Below, one piece after another: positions 25,718 through 38,585 of a stretch of DNA of 64,000 nucleotides. The notes beneath the pieces are model-generated. The model was not told the origin of the DNA, ran no database searches, and saw nothing but the letters and a program-made list of their open reading frames with translations. A program made the position numbers and the translations under genes. Source of the stretch: Anthoceros angustus (taxonomy: Eukaryota > Plantae > Anthocerotophyta); NCBI GenBank assembly GCA_010909165.1, contig MU008177.1, positions 62,001-126,000 on the forward strand. The letters run 5' to 3'. Position 1 is the first letter of the stretch. The number at the start of each line of letters is the position of its first letter.

Positions 25718-27637
25718 TTTCATGGAGCTGGTAGCAACGCTAGTAGCATGTGCATAAAGGATGGAATGTTTCCTCATTGTAGTCACGTTGCTTTAAAATT
25801 TTTACCAAAAAGCTTATGCTCCTTGTCTTGATAAAACCAGAACATGGAGACTTTACGAAGAAAAGGAGATGGGAAATCCCATTTGCCCGAAAAAAAAGGA
25901 GGAAAGACCAAGCCAAGGGGACTAACCCTCACGACTCATCTCAAACTAACTACATACAAGAATTTTGGTTAGAGATATGAGAAGGCCTACCTACCACATG
26001 AGGCGCGCATCCCCAGTGCTTGCCGTCCTATACGCGTTCGAACGCCTCTATGGCGATGGACACCCGTTTCAAGAAAGCCACAAAGAAAAGGGGAGATCAA
26101 CCCCATTATTCTTGCGATTGTGGTAAGCCTTACGGGTCAAGGTGAAGTGGAAGGTTGCCGGGCGAGGCGGGCACAGGCAATGGAGGTAGGGATGTGGAGC
26201 CTGCCCCGGGCCGGCAGCCATGAGGCCCCATCATGGTCCAAGGTGGTTGCTATCCACGGAGAGTTAGCACACGCTTGTGGTATGAAACTTCCTTGTGGTT
26301 GCAATGTGCACAAACCGCAAATGACGGCGACCACCGACTTGTGGAATGCGGATGCGGGATGAATGTTCCGGGCTCTTGTCCCTCGGCTCTCCCCCATTTA
26401 CATGGCCAGACCTGACCTCACATCATCTACTACGGCTTGTGCTGCACCATCTTCACATACATACATCCAGCTCCAACACTTTTCAACCTCAACTTCCAAT
26501 CTCTAAATAAAGGTTAGGATTCCCCTAGCATATATGAGACTATCACTACTAGAAAAGGGTGGTATTGTCACCTTATATCACGGTTTATGCAGCCTATTAT
26601 GACGTTACGCATCTTGTCACACTTTTGGTATAATGGTGGAGGAATGGTAACCAAACCTCTTGGTGTTGCGCTTATTACGGAACTACGTGAATGCGTGTCA
26701 CGAACTATATGTATGAGTGTGACAATTGAAGAATTATAACACTTTGTGTGCACGGGCCCGGGCGACCGGACTCCATAACCATGGTTAACAATGCCTTTCA
26801 ATTTTCCATTGTGGCTCGGGAGAGACAATCTTGTGCTTGTGCTTCGGATCTTTGGAACAAGTATTGTATTTTGTTTTATGAATGCATGAGAGCACCCGCC
26901 AAAGAAAACAAAAAATCGCGATGATGTTTGCAAAGGAATGAAAAAGCCAACAATGATGTCCCTAAAGGAGTACTCAATCTAAGAAGAAAAGAAAAGGTGA
27001 TGTATAGGTGTTATAGGTATTCCTAATCCTATCATTTTATTCAGATGAGGAATGCGTTTATACTCAACGCATTTTGTGATCGCATCAAGTTTCGACCTTA
27101 CGGTTTATTCTATTCTTTTCATATTCATATCATGTCATGTATGCGTGTGAAAGAAATTGGGTTTATATTACATCCCTTTTGCCACCGAGTTTGGATCTTA
27201 GTTCTCGAGATAAATCCATCATTTAATACTATATATGTGTTTCCTTGGCTACATACTATTCAACTACTTTTGGACTTGAGAAGTAACAACCATCCGGTTT
27301 GTTTGTAACTTGAGTTCAAAGATGACGACCCATACTCTCGCTAGTTTTTATTGCTTTGGCAATGGGTGCCATGATGGTGGATGGCAAGAATTTTGTTGAG
27401 CTCCAAGCGCACGTGGGCACTAATAGTCATATTCACTCGGATGTCCAATACACTACGAGCAATACACCAACCTCCACTATCTCGAGTATGTATGAGATTT
27501 TTATGTTTGATTGTTGTTGGACAAGTTTTCTTGTTGCAATGTTGACTAAAAGTGGAAGTATATGTGTGAATTCTATAATTTTGTTTTTTACATCATTTAT
27601 CATTTTCTTTTGATCTTTTGAGCCAAGTGATTTCAAA

Positions 27638-28254
27638 ATGGAAAAAAAAAATCATTCTACTATATACCTTTTTATTGCTTTGACAATGGTTGTTGTTATA
27701 CTAGGAGTGAGTGGTCATTCAACTCTTGGAGGACATGTTAGAACGTTTAACCATATTGAGTCAAATGTGTTATACTCGGCAGCAATACAGTTCATCTTCT
27801 CTCAAGTATGTACCCGGTTGATAGTAGATCGCTGCATGATATTTTCTTAGAGCACACTTTGGATAGATATGTGAAATGCATTTTCTTCGTGAATTAGGAA
27901 ATAATTTTTGACAAGTAAGAACTTAGTTTATCTATGGAATGCGGTAGTTGTTTCCTCAACAACAAGCACAATATCTCGGTGGATCCTGGACAAATAACAA
28001 GTGGAGTTTGGGCGTAGGGAGCAATGATTTGTGGGATAGTGGGAAGAATTGTGATGTAACCTTCGCTATGCGGTCGATATCGACACCATCACATGTAAGA
28101 GAGCACCAATAGATATTCCTATTGCGGATCTATTAGTAGTAGGATCCGCATTCCTTTTCAAGGAGAAGGAGTAGTGCTCTCAAGATGCATGGCAAGTGTG
28201 TTTGGCGATTGAGACTACAACAATTCACCTAGATCCATGTATATCCAGCGGTAA
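27638..28254 (+). CDS. Gene B copy 10 (EG45-like DPBB), frameshifted as assembled
   Basis: Same structure as copy 1. Confidence 0.55.
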
Positions 28255-30198
28255 TTTCATGGAGCTGGTAGCAACGCTAGTAGCATGTGCATAAAGGATG
28301 GAATGTTTTCCTCATTGTAGTCACGTTGCTTTAAAATTTTTACCAAAAAGCTTATGCTCCTTGTCTTGATAAAACCCGGTATGGAGACTTTACGAAAGAA
28401 AAGGAGATGGGAAATCCCATTTGCCCGAGAAAAAAGGAGGAAAGACCAAGCCAAGGGGACTAACCCTCACGACCGCTCATCTCGAAACTAACTACATACA
28501 AGAATTTCGTGGTTAGAGATATGAGAAGGCCTACCTACCGAGGGCGGCGCGCAGATCCCCGTCCTATACACCGCGTTCCGCCCTCTATATGGCGATGGAC
28601 ACCGTTTCAAGAAAGCCACGGTACAAGAAAAGGGGAGATCAACCCCATTATTCTTGCGATTGTGGTAAGCCTTGGCACAGTCAAGGTGAAGTGGAAGGTT
28701 GCTGCTGGAGGCGGGCGGCCTGGGCAATGGAGGTAGGGATGTGGAGCCCTGCCCGGGCGTGGCTTGGGGCCATGAGGCCCCATCATGGTCCGAAGGTGGT
28801 TGCTATCCACGGAGAGTTAGCACGCTTGTGGTATGAAACTTCCTTGTGGTTGCAATGTGCACAAACCGCAAATGACGACGACCACGACTTGTGGAATGCG
28901 GATGCAGGGATGAATGTTCCGGGCTCTTGTCCCTCGGCTCTCCCCATTTACATGAGCGGTCTTGGCCGGACCTGACCTCACATCATCTACTACGGCTTGT
29001 GCCAAGCACCATCTTCACATACATAAATCCAGCTCCAACACTTTTCAACCTCAACTTCCAATCTCTAAATAAAGGTTAGGATTCCCCTAGCATATCGCAG
29101 ACTATCACTACTAGAAAAGGGTGGTATTGTCGCGACTTATATCACGGTTTATGCAGCCTATTATGGCGGTACTCGCATCTTGTCACACTTTTGGTATAAT
29201 GGTGGAGGAATGGTAACCAACCTCTTGGTGTTGCTTTTTGGAACTACGTGAATGCGTGTCACGAACTATGACCGTATGAGTGTGACAATTGAAGAATTAT
29301 AACACTTTGTGTGCACGGGCCCGGGCACCCGACTCCATAACCATGGTTAACAATGCCTTTCAATTTTCCATTGTGGCTCGGAGAGACAATCTTGTGCTAG
29401 CCAGCTTGGATCTTTGGAACAAGTATTGTATTTTGTTTTTATGAATGCATGAGAGCACCCGCCAAAGAAAACAAAAATCAGCGATGATGTTTGCAAAGGA
29501 ATGAAAAAGCCAACAATGATGTCCCTAAAGGAGTACTCAATCTAAGAAGAAAAGAAAAGGTGATGTATAGGTGTTATAGGTATTCCTAATCCTATCATTT
29601 TATTCGTATGAGGTGCGTTTATACTCAACGATTTTGTGATCGGCATCAAGTTTCGACCTTACAGTTTATTCTATTCTTTTCATATTCATATCATGTCATG
29701 TACGTGTGAAAGAAATTGGGTTTATATTACATCCCTTTTGCCTTTGCCGAGTTTGGATCTTAGTTCTCGAGATAAATCCATCATTTAATACTATATATGT
29801 GTTTCCTTGGCTACATACTATTCAACTACTTTTGGACTTGAGAAGTAACAACCATGGTTTGTTTGTAACTTGAGTTCAAAGATGACGACCCATACTCTCT
29901 GCTAGTTTTATTGCTTTGGCAATGGGTGCCATGATGGTGGATGGCAAGAATTTTGTTGAGCTCCAAGCGCACGTGGGCACTAATAGTCATATTCACTCGG
30001 ATGTCCAATACACTACGAGCAATACACCAACCTCCACTATCTCGAGTATGTATGAGATTTTTATGTTTGATTGTTGTTGGACAAGTTTTCTTGTTGCAAT
30101 GTTGACTAAAAGTGGAAGTATATGTGTGAATTCTATAATTTTGTTTTTACATCATTTTATCATTTTCTTTTTGATCTTTTGAGCCAAGTGATTTCAAA

Positions 30199-30819
30199 AT
30201 GGAAAAAAAAATCATTCTACTATATACCTTTTTATTGCTTTGACAATGGTTGTTGTTATACTAGGAGTGAGTGGTCATTCAACTCTTCATGGAGGACATG
30301 TTAGAACGTTTAACCATATTGAGTCAAATGTGTTATACTCGGCAATACTGTTCATCTTCTCTCAAGTATGTACCGGGTTGATAGTAGATCGCTGCATGAT
30401 ATTTTTCTTAGAGCACACTTTGGATAGATATGTGAAATGCATTTTCTTCTGAATTAGGAAATAATTTTTGACAAGTAAGAACTTAGTTTATCTATGTGGA
30501 ATGCGTGAGTTGTTTCCTCAACAACAAGCACAATATCTCGGTGGATCCGCTGGACAAATAACAAGTGGAGTTTGGGCGGTAGGGAGCAATGATTGTGGGA
30601 TAGTGGGAAGAATTGTGATGTAACCTTCGCTATGCGCACGATATCGACACCATCACATGTAAGAGAGCACCAATAGATATTCCTATTGCGATCTATTAGT
30701 AGTAGGGGATCCGGCATTCCTTTTCAAGGAGAAGGAGTAGTGCTCGCAAGATGCATGGCAAGTCGTGTTTGGCGATTGGACTACAACAATTCACCTAGAT
30801 CCATGTATATCCAGCGTAA
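30199..30819 (+). CDS. Gene B copy 11 (EG45-like DPBB), frameshifted as assembled
   Basis: Same structure as copy 1. Confidence 0.55.
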
Positions 30820-32792
30820 TTTCATGGAGCTGGTAGCAACGCTAGTAGCATGTGCATAAAGGATGGAATGTTTTCCTCATTGTAGTCACGTTGCTTTAAA
30901 ATTTTACCAAAAGCTTATGCTCCTTGTCTTGATAAAACCGGTAACATGGAGACTTCTGAAAGAAAAGGAGATGGGAAATCCCATTTGCCCCGAGAAAAGG
31001 AGGAAAGACCAAGCCAAGGGGACTAACCCTCACGACCGCTCATCTCGAAACTAACTACATACTACAAGAATTTCGTGGTTAGAGATATGAAGGCCTACCT
31101 ACCAGGGGCCGAAGACGCATCCCGGTGCTTGCCGTCCTATACACGCGTTCGCCAACGCGCCTCTATATGGCGATGGACACCCGTTTCAAGAAAGCCACAA
31201 GACAAGAAAAGGGGAGATCAACCCCATTATTCTTGCGATTGTGGTAAGCCTTGGCACAGTCAAGGTGAAGTGGAAGGTTGCCTTTGGAGGCGGGGCGGGC
31301 TGGGCAATGGAGGTAGGGATGTGGAGCCACCGCCGTGGCTTAGGGCCATGAGGCCCCATCATGGTCCGAAGGTGGTTGCTATCCACGGGAGAGCTAGCAC
31401 ACGCTTGTGGTATGAAACTTCCTTGTGGTTGCAATGTGCACAAACTGCAAATGACAACGACCACTGACTTGTGGAATGCGGATGCAAGATGAATGTTCCC
31501 GGGCTCTTGTCCCCTTGGCTCTCTGCCCCCATTTACATGAGCCGGTGCTGACCGGACACAGCCTCACATCATCTACTACGGCTTGTGCCAAGCACCATCT
31601 TCACATACATAAATCCAGCTCCAACACTTTTCAACCTCAACTTCCAATCTCTAAATAAAGGTTAGGATTCCCCTAGCATATCTACTATCACTACTAGAAA
31701 AGGGTGGTATTGTCACACTTATATCACGGTTTATGCAGCCTATTATGACGGTGCTACGATCTTGTCACACTTTTGGTATAATGGTGGAGGAATGGTAGCA
31801 AACCTCTTGGTGTTGCACCGCTTATTACGGAACTACGTGAATGCGTGTCACGAACTATGACCGTATGAGTGTGACAATTGAAGAATTATAACACTTTGTG
31901 TGCACGGGCCCGGGCCCGATCGACTCCATAACCATGGTTAACAATGCCTTTCAATTTTCCATTGTGGCTCGGAGAGACAATCTTGTGCTAGCTGTGCTTC
32001 GATCTTTGGAACAAGTATTGTATTTTGTTTTTATGAATGCATGAGAGCACCCGCCAAAGAAAACAAAAATCAACGATGATGTTTGCAAAGGAATGAAAAA
32101 AGCCAACAATGATGTCCCTAAAGGAGTACTCAATCTAAGAAGAAAAGAAAAGGTGATGTATAGGTGTTATAGGTATTCCTAATCCTATCATTTTATTCAG
32201 ATGAGGAATTGCGTTTATACTCAACGCATTTTGTGATCGGCATCAAGTTTCGACCTTACGCTTTTATTCTATTCTTTTCATATTCATATCATGTCATGTA
32301 CGTGTGAAAGAAATTGGGTTTATATTACATCCCTTTTGCCATCGAGTTTGGATCTTAGTTCTCGAGATAAATCCATCATTTAATACTATATATGTGTTTC
32401 CTTGGCTACATACTATTCAACTACTTTTGGACTTGAGAAGTAACAACCATCCGGTTTGTTTGTAACTTGAGTTCAAAGATGACGACCCATACTCACTAGT
32501 TTTTATTGCTTTGGCAATGGGTGCCATGATGGTGGATGGCAAGAATTTTGTTGAGCTCCAAGCGCACGTGGGCACTAATAGTCATATTCACTCGGATGTC
32601 CAATACACTACGAGCAATACACCAACCTCCACTATCTCGAGTATGTATGAGATTTTTATGTTTGATTGTTGTTGGACAAGTTTTCTTGTTGCAATGTTGA
32701 CTAAAAGTGGAAGTATATGTGTGAATTCTATAATTTTGTTTTTTACATCATTTATCATTTTCTTTTGATCTTTTGAGCCAAGTGATTTCAAA

Positions 32793-33433
32793 ATGGAAAA
32801 AAAATCATTCTACTATATACCTTTTATTGCTTTGACAATGGTTGTTGTTATACTAGGAGTGAGTGGTCATTCAACTCTTGGAGGACATGTTAGAACGCGT
32901 TTAACCATATTGAGTCAAATGTGTTATACTCAACGCATTTTGTGATCGGCATCAAGTTTCATCTTCTCTCAAGTATGTACCGGTTGATAGTAGATCGCGC
33001 TGCATGATATTTTCTTAGAGCACACTTTGGATAGATATGTGAAATGCATTTTCTTCCTGTGAATTAGGAAATAATTTTGACAAGTAAGAACTTAGTTTAT
33101 CTATGTGGAATGCAGAGTTGTTTCCTCAACAACAAGCACAATATCTCGGTGGATCCATGGACAAATAACAAGTGGAGTTTGGGCGGTAGGGAGCAATGAT
33201 TTGTGGGATAGTGGGAAGAATTGTGATGTAACCTTCGCTATGTGCGATCGATATCGACACCATCACATGTAAGAGAGCACCAATAGATATTCCTATTGCG
33301 ATCTATTAGTAGTAGGGGATCCCGGCATTCCTTTTCAAGGAGAAGGAGTAGTGCTCTCGCAAGATGCATGGCAAAATGTGTTTGGCGATTCGACTACAAC
33401 AATTCACCTAGATCCATGTATATCCAGCAGTAA
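32793..33433 (+). CDS. Gene B copy 12 (EG45-like DPBB); exon 1 carries a patch copied from elsewhere in the unit
   Basis: Same structure. 32924-32960 equals 32215-32251. Confidence 0.5.
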
Positions 33434-35392
33434 TTTCATGGAGCTGGTAGCAACGCTAGTAGCAACGCTAGTAGCATGTGCATAAAGGATGGAATGTTTC
33501 CTCATTGTAGTCACGTTGCTTTAAAATTTTTACCAAAAAGCTTATGCTCCTTGTCTTGATAAAACCAAGAATATGGAGACTTTACGAAAGAAAAGGAGAT
33601 GGAAATCCCATTTGCCCGAGAAAAAGGAGGAAAGACCAAGCCAAGGGGACTAACCCTCACGACCGCTCATCTCGAAACTAACTACATACATGTGAAGAAT
33701 TTCGTGGTTAGAGATATGAGAAGGCCTACCTACCACGAGGGGCCGAGGCGATCCCTGCTTGCCGTCCTATACACTAGCGCCTCTATATGGCGATGGACAC
33801 CGTTTCAAGAAAGCCACAAGACAAGAAAGGGGAGATCAACCCCATTATTCTTGCGATTGTGGTAAGCCTTGGCAGTCAAGGTGAAGTGGAAGGTTGCCGG
33901 AGGCGGGCGGGCTGGGCAATGGAGGTAGGGATGTGGAGCCCGCCGTGGCTTGGGGCCATGAGGCCCCATCATGGTCCGGTGGTTGCTATCCACGGGAGAG
34001 TTAGCACACGCTTGTGGTATGAAACTTCCTTGTGGTTGCAATGTGCACAAGCGCAAATGACGACGACCACGACTTGTGGAATGCGGATGCGGATGAATGT
34101 TCCGGGCTCTTGTCCCTCGGCTCTCTGCCCCCATTTACATGGCCGTCTTGGCCGGACCTGACCTCACATCATCTACTACGGCTTGTGCCAAGCACCATCT
34201 TCACATACATAAATCCAGCTCCAACACTTTTCAACCTCAACTTCCAATCTCTAAATAAAGGTTAGGATTCCCCTAGCATATCGCACTATCACTACTAGAA
34301 AAGGGTGGTATTGTCACACTTATATCACAGTTTATGCAGCCTATTATGACGGTGCTACGATCTTGTCACACTTTTGGTATAATGGTGGAGGAATGGTAAC
34401 CAAACCTCTTGGTGTTGCCGCTTATTACGGAACTACGTGAATGCGTGTCACGAACTATGACCGTATGAGTGTGACAATTGAAGAATTATAACACTTTGTG
34501 TGCACGGGCCCGGGCGACCGACTCCATAACCATGGTTAACAATGCCTTTCAATTTTCCATTGTGGCTCGAGAGACAATCTTGTGCTAGCCAGCTTGGATC
34601 TTGGAACAAGTATTGTATTTTGTTTTTTATGAATGCATGAGAGCACCCGCCAAAGAAAACAAAAATCAACGATGATGTTTGCAAAGGAATGAAAAAAGCC
34701 AACAATGATGTCCCTAAAGGAGTACTCAATCTAAGAAGAAAAGAAAAGGTGATGTATAGGTGTTATAGGTATTCCTAATCCTATCATTTTATTCAGATGA
34801 GGAATTGCGTTTATACTCAACGATTTTGTGATCGGCATCAAGTTTCGACCTTACGGTTTATTCTATTCTTTTCATATTCATATCATGTCATGTATGCGTG
34901 TGAAAGAAATTGGGTTTATATTACATCCCTTTTGCTGTCGAGTTTGGATCTTAGTTCTCGAGATAAATCCATCATTTAATACTATATATGTGTTTCCTTG
35001 GCTACATACTATTCAACTACTTTTTGGACTTGAGAAGTAACAACCATCCGGTTTGTTTGTAACTTGAGTTCAAAGATGACGACCCATACTCTCGCTAGTT
35101 TTTATTGCTTTGGCAATGGGTGCCATGATGGTGGATGGCAAGAATTTTGTTGAGCTCCAAGCGCACGTGGGCACTAATAGTCATATTCACTCGGATGTCC
35201 AATACACTACGAGCAATACACCAACCTCCACTATCTCGAGTATGTATGAGATTTTTATGTTTGATTGTTGTTGGACAAGTTTTCTTGTTGCAATGTTGAC
35301 TAAAAGTGGAAGTATATGTGTGAATTCTATAATTTTGTTTTTTACATCATTTTATCATTTTCTTTTGATCTTTTGAGCCAAGTGATTTCAAA

Positions 35393-36016
35393 ATGGAAAA
35401 AAAATCATTCTACTATATACCTTTTATTGCTTTGACAATGGTTGTTGTTATACTAGGAGTGAGTGGTCATTCAACTCTTCATGAGGACATGTTAGAACGC
35501 GTTTAACCATATTGAGTCAAATGTGTTATACTCCGCGACAATACAATTTCATCTTCTCTCAAGTATGTACCGGTTGATAGTAGATCGCTGCATGATATTT
35601 TCTTAGAGCACACTTTGGATAGATATGTGAAATGCATTTTCTTCCGTGAATTAGGAAATAATTTTTGACAAGTAAGAACTTAGTTTATCTATGTGGAATG
35701 CAGAGTTGTTTCCTCAACAACAAGCACAATATCTCGTGGATCCCGCTGGACAAATAACAAGTGGAGTTTGGGCGGTAGGGAGCAATGATTTGGATAGTGG
35801 GAAGAATTGTGATGTAACCTTCGCTATGTGCGGTCGATCGACACCATCACATGTAAGAGAGCACCAATAGATATTCCTATTGCGATCTATTAGTAGTAGG
35901 GGATCCCGGCATTCCTTTTCAAGGAGAAGGAGTAGTGCTCTCGCAAGATGCATGGCAAAATTGTGTTTGGCGATTCAGACTACAACAATTCACCTAGATC
36001 CATGTATATCCGGTAA
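35393..36016 (+). CDS. Gene B copy 13 (EG45-like DPBB), frameshifted as assembled
   Basis: Same structure as copy 1. Confidence 0.55.
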
Positions 36017-36169
36017 TTTCATGGAGCTGGTAGCAACGCTAGTAGCATGTGCATAAAGGATGGAATGTTTTCCTCATTGTAGTCACGTTGCTTTAAAATT
36101 TTACCAAAAAGCTTATGCTCCTTGTCTTGATAAAACCAAGAACATGGAGACTTTACGAAAGAAAAGGAG

Positions 36170-36843
36170 ATGGAAATCCCATTTGCCCGAGAAAAAGGAG
36201 GAAAGACCAAGCCAAGGGGACTAACCCTCACGACCGCTCATCTCAAACTAACTACATACGTGAAGAATTTCGTGGTTAGAGATATGAGAAGGCCTACCTA
36301 CCAGAAGGCGCGCATCCCGGCTTGCCGCCGTCCTATACACGCGTCGCCAACGCCTCTATATGGCGATGGACACCCGTTTCAAGAAAGCCACAGTAGAAAA
36401 GGGGAGATCAACCCCATTATTCTTGCGATTGTGGTAAGCCTTGGCAGTCAAGGTGAAGTGGAAGGTTGCTTCTGGAGGCGGGCGGGCTGGGCAATGGAGG
36501 TAGGGATGTGGAGCCCCGCCCAGTGCGTGGCTTGGGGCCATGAGGCCCCATCATGGTCCGAAGGTGGTTGCTATCCACGGAGAGTTAGCACACGCTTGTG
36601 GTATGAAACTTCCTTGTGGTTGCAATGTGCACAAAGCGCAAATGACGACGACCACCGACTTGTGGAATGCGGATGCGTGATGAATGTTCCTGCTCTTGTC
36701 CCTCGGCTCCTCCCCCATTTACATGAGCCGGTCTTGACACGACCTCACATCATCTACTACGGCTTGTGCCAAGCACCATCTTCACATACATACATCCAGC
36801 TCCAACACTTTTCAACCTCAACTTCCAATCTCTAAATAAAGGT
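36170..36843 (+). other. Segment C (example from unit 13): GC-rich coding-like sequence of unknown identity, present in every unit
   Basis: Longest ORFs of the array map here (221 aa at 36170-36835, 174 aa at 42603-43127). Recurring peptides NFVVRDMRRPTY, GEINPIILAIVVSL and KVVAIHGELAHACGMKLPCGC. No family recognised. Confidence 0.25.
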
Positions 36844-37966
36844 TAGGATTCCCCTAGCATATCGCACTATCACTACTAGAAAAGGGTGGTATTGTCACTT
36901 ATATCACGGTTTATGCAGCCTATTATGACGGTGCTCGCATCTTGTCACACTTTTGGTATAATGGTGGAGGAATGGTAACCAACCTCTTGGTGTTGCAGCC
37001 TTTATTACGGAACTACGTGAATGCGTGTCACGAACTATGACCGTATGAGTGTGACAATTGAAGAATTATAACACTTTGTGTGCACGGCCCGGGCCGATCG
37101 ACTCCATAACCATGGTTAACAATGCCTTTCAATTTTCCATTGTGGCTCGAGAGACAATCTTGTGCTAGCAGCTTCGGATCTTGGAACAAGTATTGTATTT
37201 TGTTTTTATGAATGCATGAGAGCACCCGCCAAAGAAAACAAAAATCAACGATGATGTTTGCAAAGGAATGAAAAAGCCAACAATGATGTCCCTAAAGGAG
37301 TACTCAATCTAAGAAGAAAAGAAAAGGTGATGTATAGGTGTTATAGGTATTCCTAATCCTATCATTTTATTCAGATGAGGAATTGCGTTTATACTCAACG
37401 CATTTTGTGATCGGCATCAAGTTTCGACCTTACGGTTTTATTCTATTCTTTTCATATTCATATCATGTCATGTACGTGTGAAAGAAATTGGGTTTATATT
37501 ACATCCCTTTTGCCTTTATCGAGTTTGGATCTTAGTTCTCGAGATAAATCCATCATTTAATACTATATATGTGTTTCCTTGGCTACATACTATTCAACTA
37601 CTTTTGGACTTGAGAAGTAACAACCATCCGGTTTGTTTGTAACTTGAGTTCAAAGATGACGACCATACTCTCTAGTTTTTATTGCTTTGGCAATGGGTGC
37701 CATGATGGTGGATGGCAAGAATTTTGTTGAGCTCCAAGCGCCGTGGGCACTAATAGTCATATTCACTCGGATGTCCAATACACTACGAGCAATACACCAA
37801 CCTCCACTATCTCGAGTATGTATGAGATTTTTATGTTTGATTGTTGTTGGACAAGTTTTCTTGTTGCAATGTTGACTAAAAGTGGAAGTATATGTGTGAA
37901 TTCTATAATTTTGTTTTTACATCATTTATCATTTTCTTTTGATCTTTTGAGCCAAGTGATTTCAAA

Positions 37967-38585
37967 ATGGAAAAAAAATCATTCTACTATATACCTTTTA
38001 TTGCTTTGACAATGGTTGTTGTTATACTAGGAGTGAGTGGTCATTCAACTCTTCATGGAGGACATGTTAGAACGTTTAACCATATTGAGTCAAATGTGTT
38101 ATACTCCGGCAGTCTTTCATCTTCTCTCAAGTATGTACCGGGTTGATAGTAGATCGCTGCATGATATTTTTCTTAGAGCACACTTTGGATAGATATGTGA
38201 AATGCATTTTCTTCGTGAATTAGGAAATAATTTTGACAAGTAAGAACTTAGTTTATCTATGTGGAATGCAGTAGTTGTTTCCTCAACAACAAGCACAATA
38301 TCTCGTGGATCCCCGGACAAATAACAAGTGGAGTTTGGGCGGTGGGAGCAATGATTTGTGGGATAGTGGGAAGAATTGTGATGTAACCTTCGCTATGTGC
38401 GATCGATATCGACACCATCACATGTAAGAGAGCACCAATAGATATTCCTATTGCGGATCTATTAGTAGTAGGGGATCCGGCATTCCTTTTCAAGGAGAAG
38501 GAGTAGTGCTCTCGCAAGATGCATGGCAAGTGTTTGGCGATTCGGACTACAACAATTCACCTAGATCCATGTATATCCAGCGTAA
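37967..38585 (+). CDS. Gene B copy 14 (EG45-like DPBB); exon 1 open, exon 2 frameshifted as assembled
   Basis: Exon 1 reads MEKKSFYYIPFIALTMVVVILGVSGHSTLHGGHVRTFNHIESNVLYSGSL... without a break. Confidence 0.55.
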
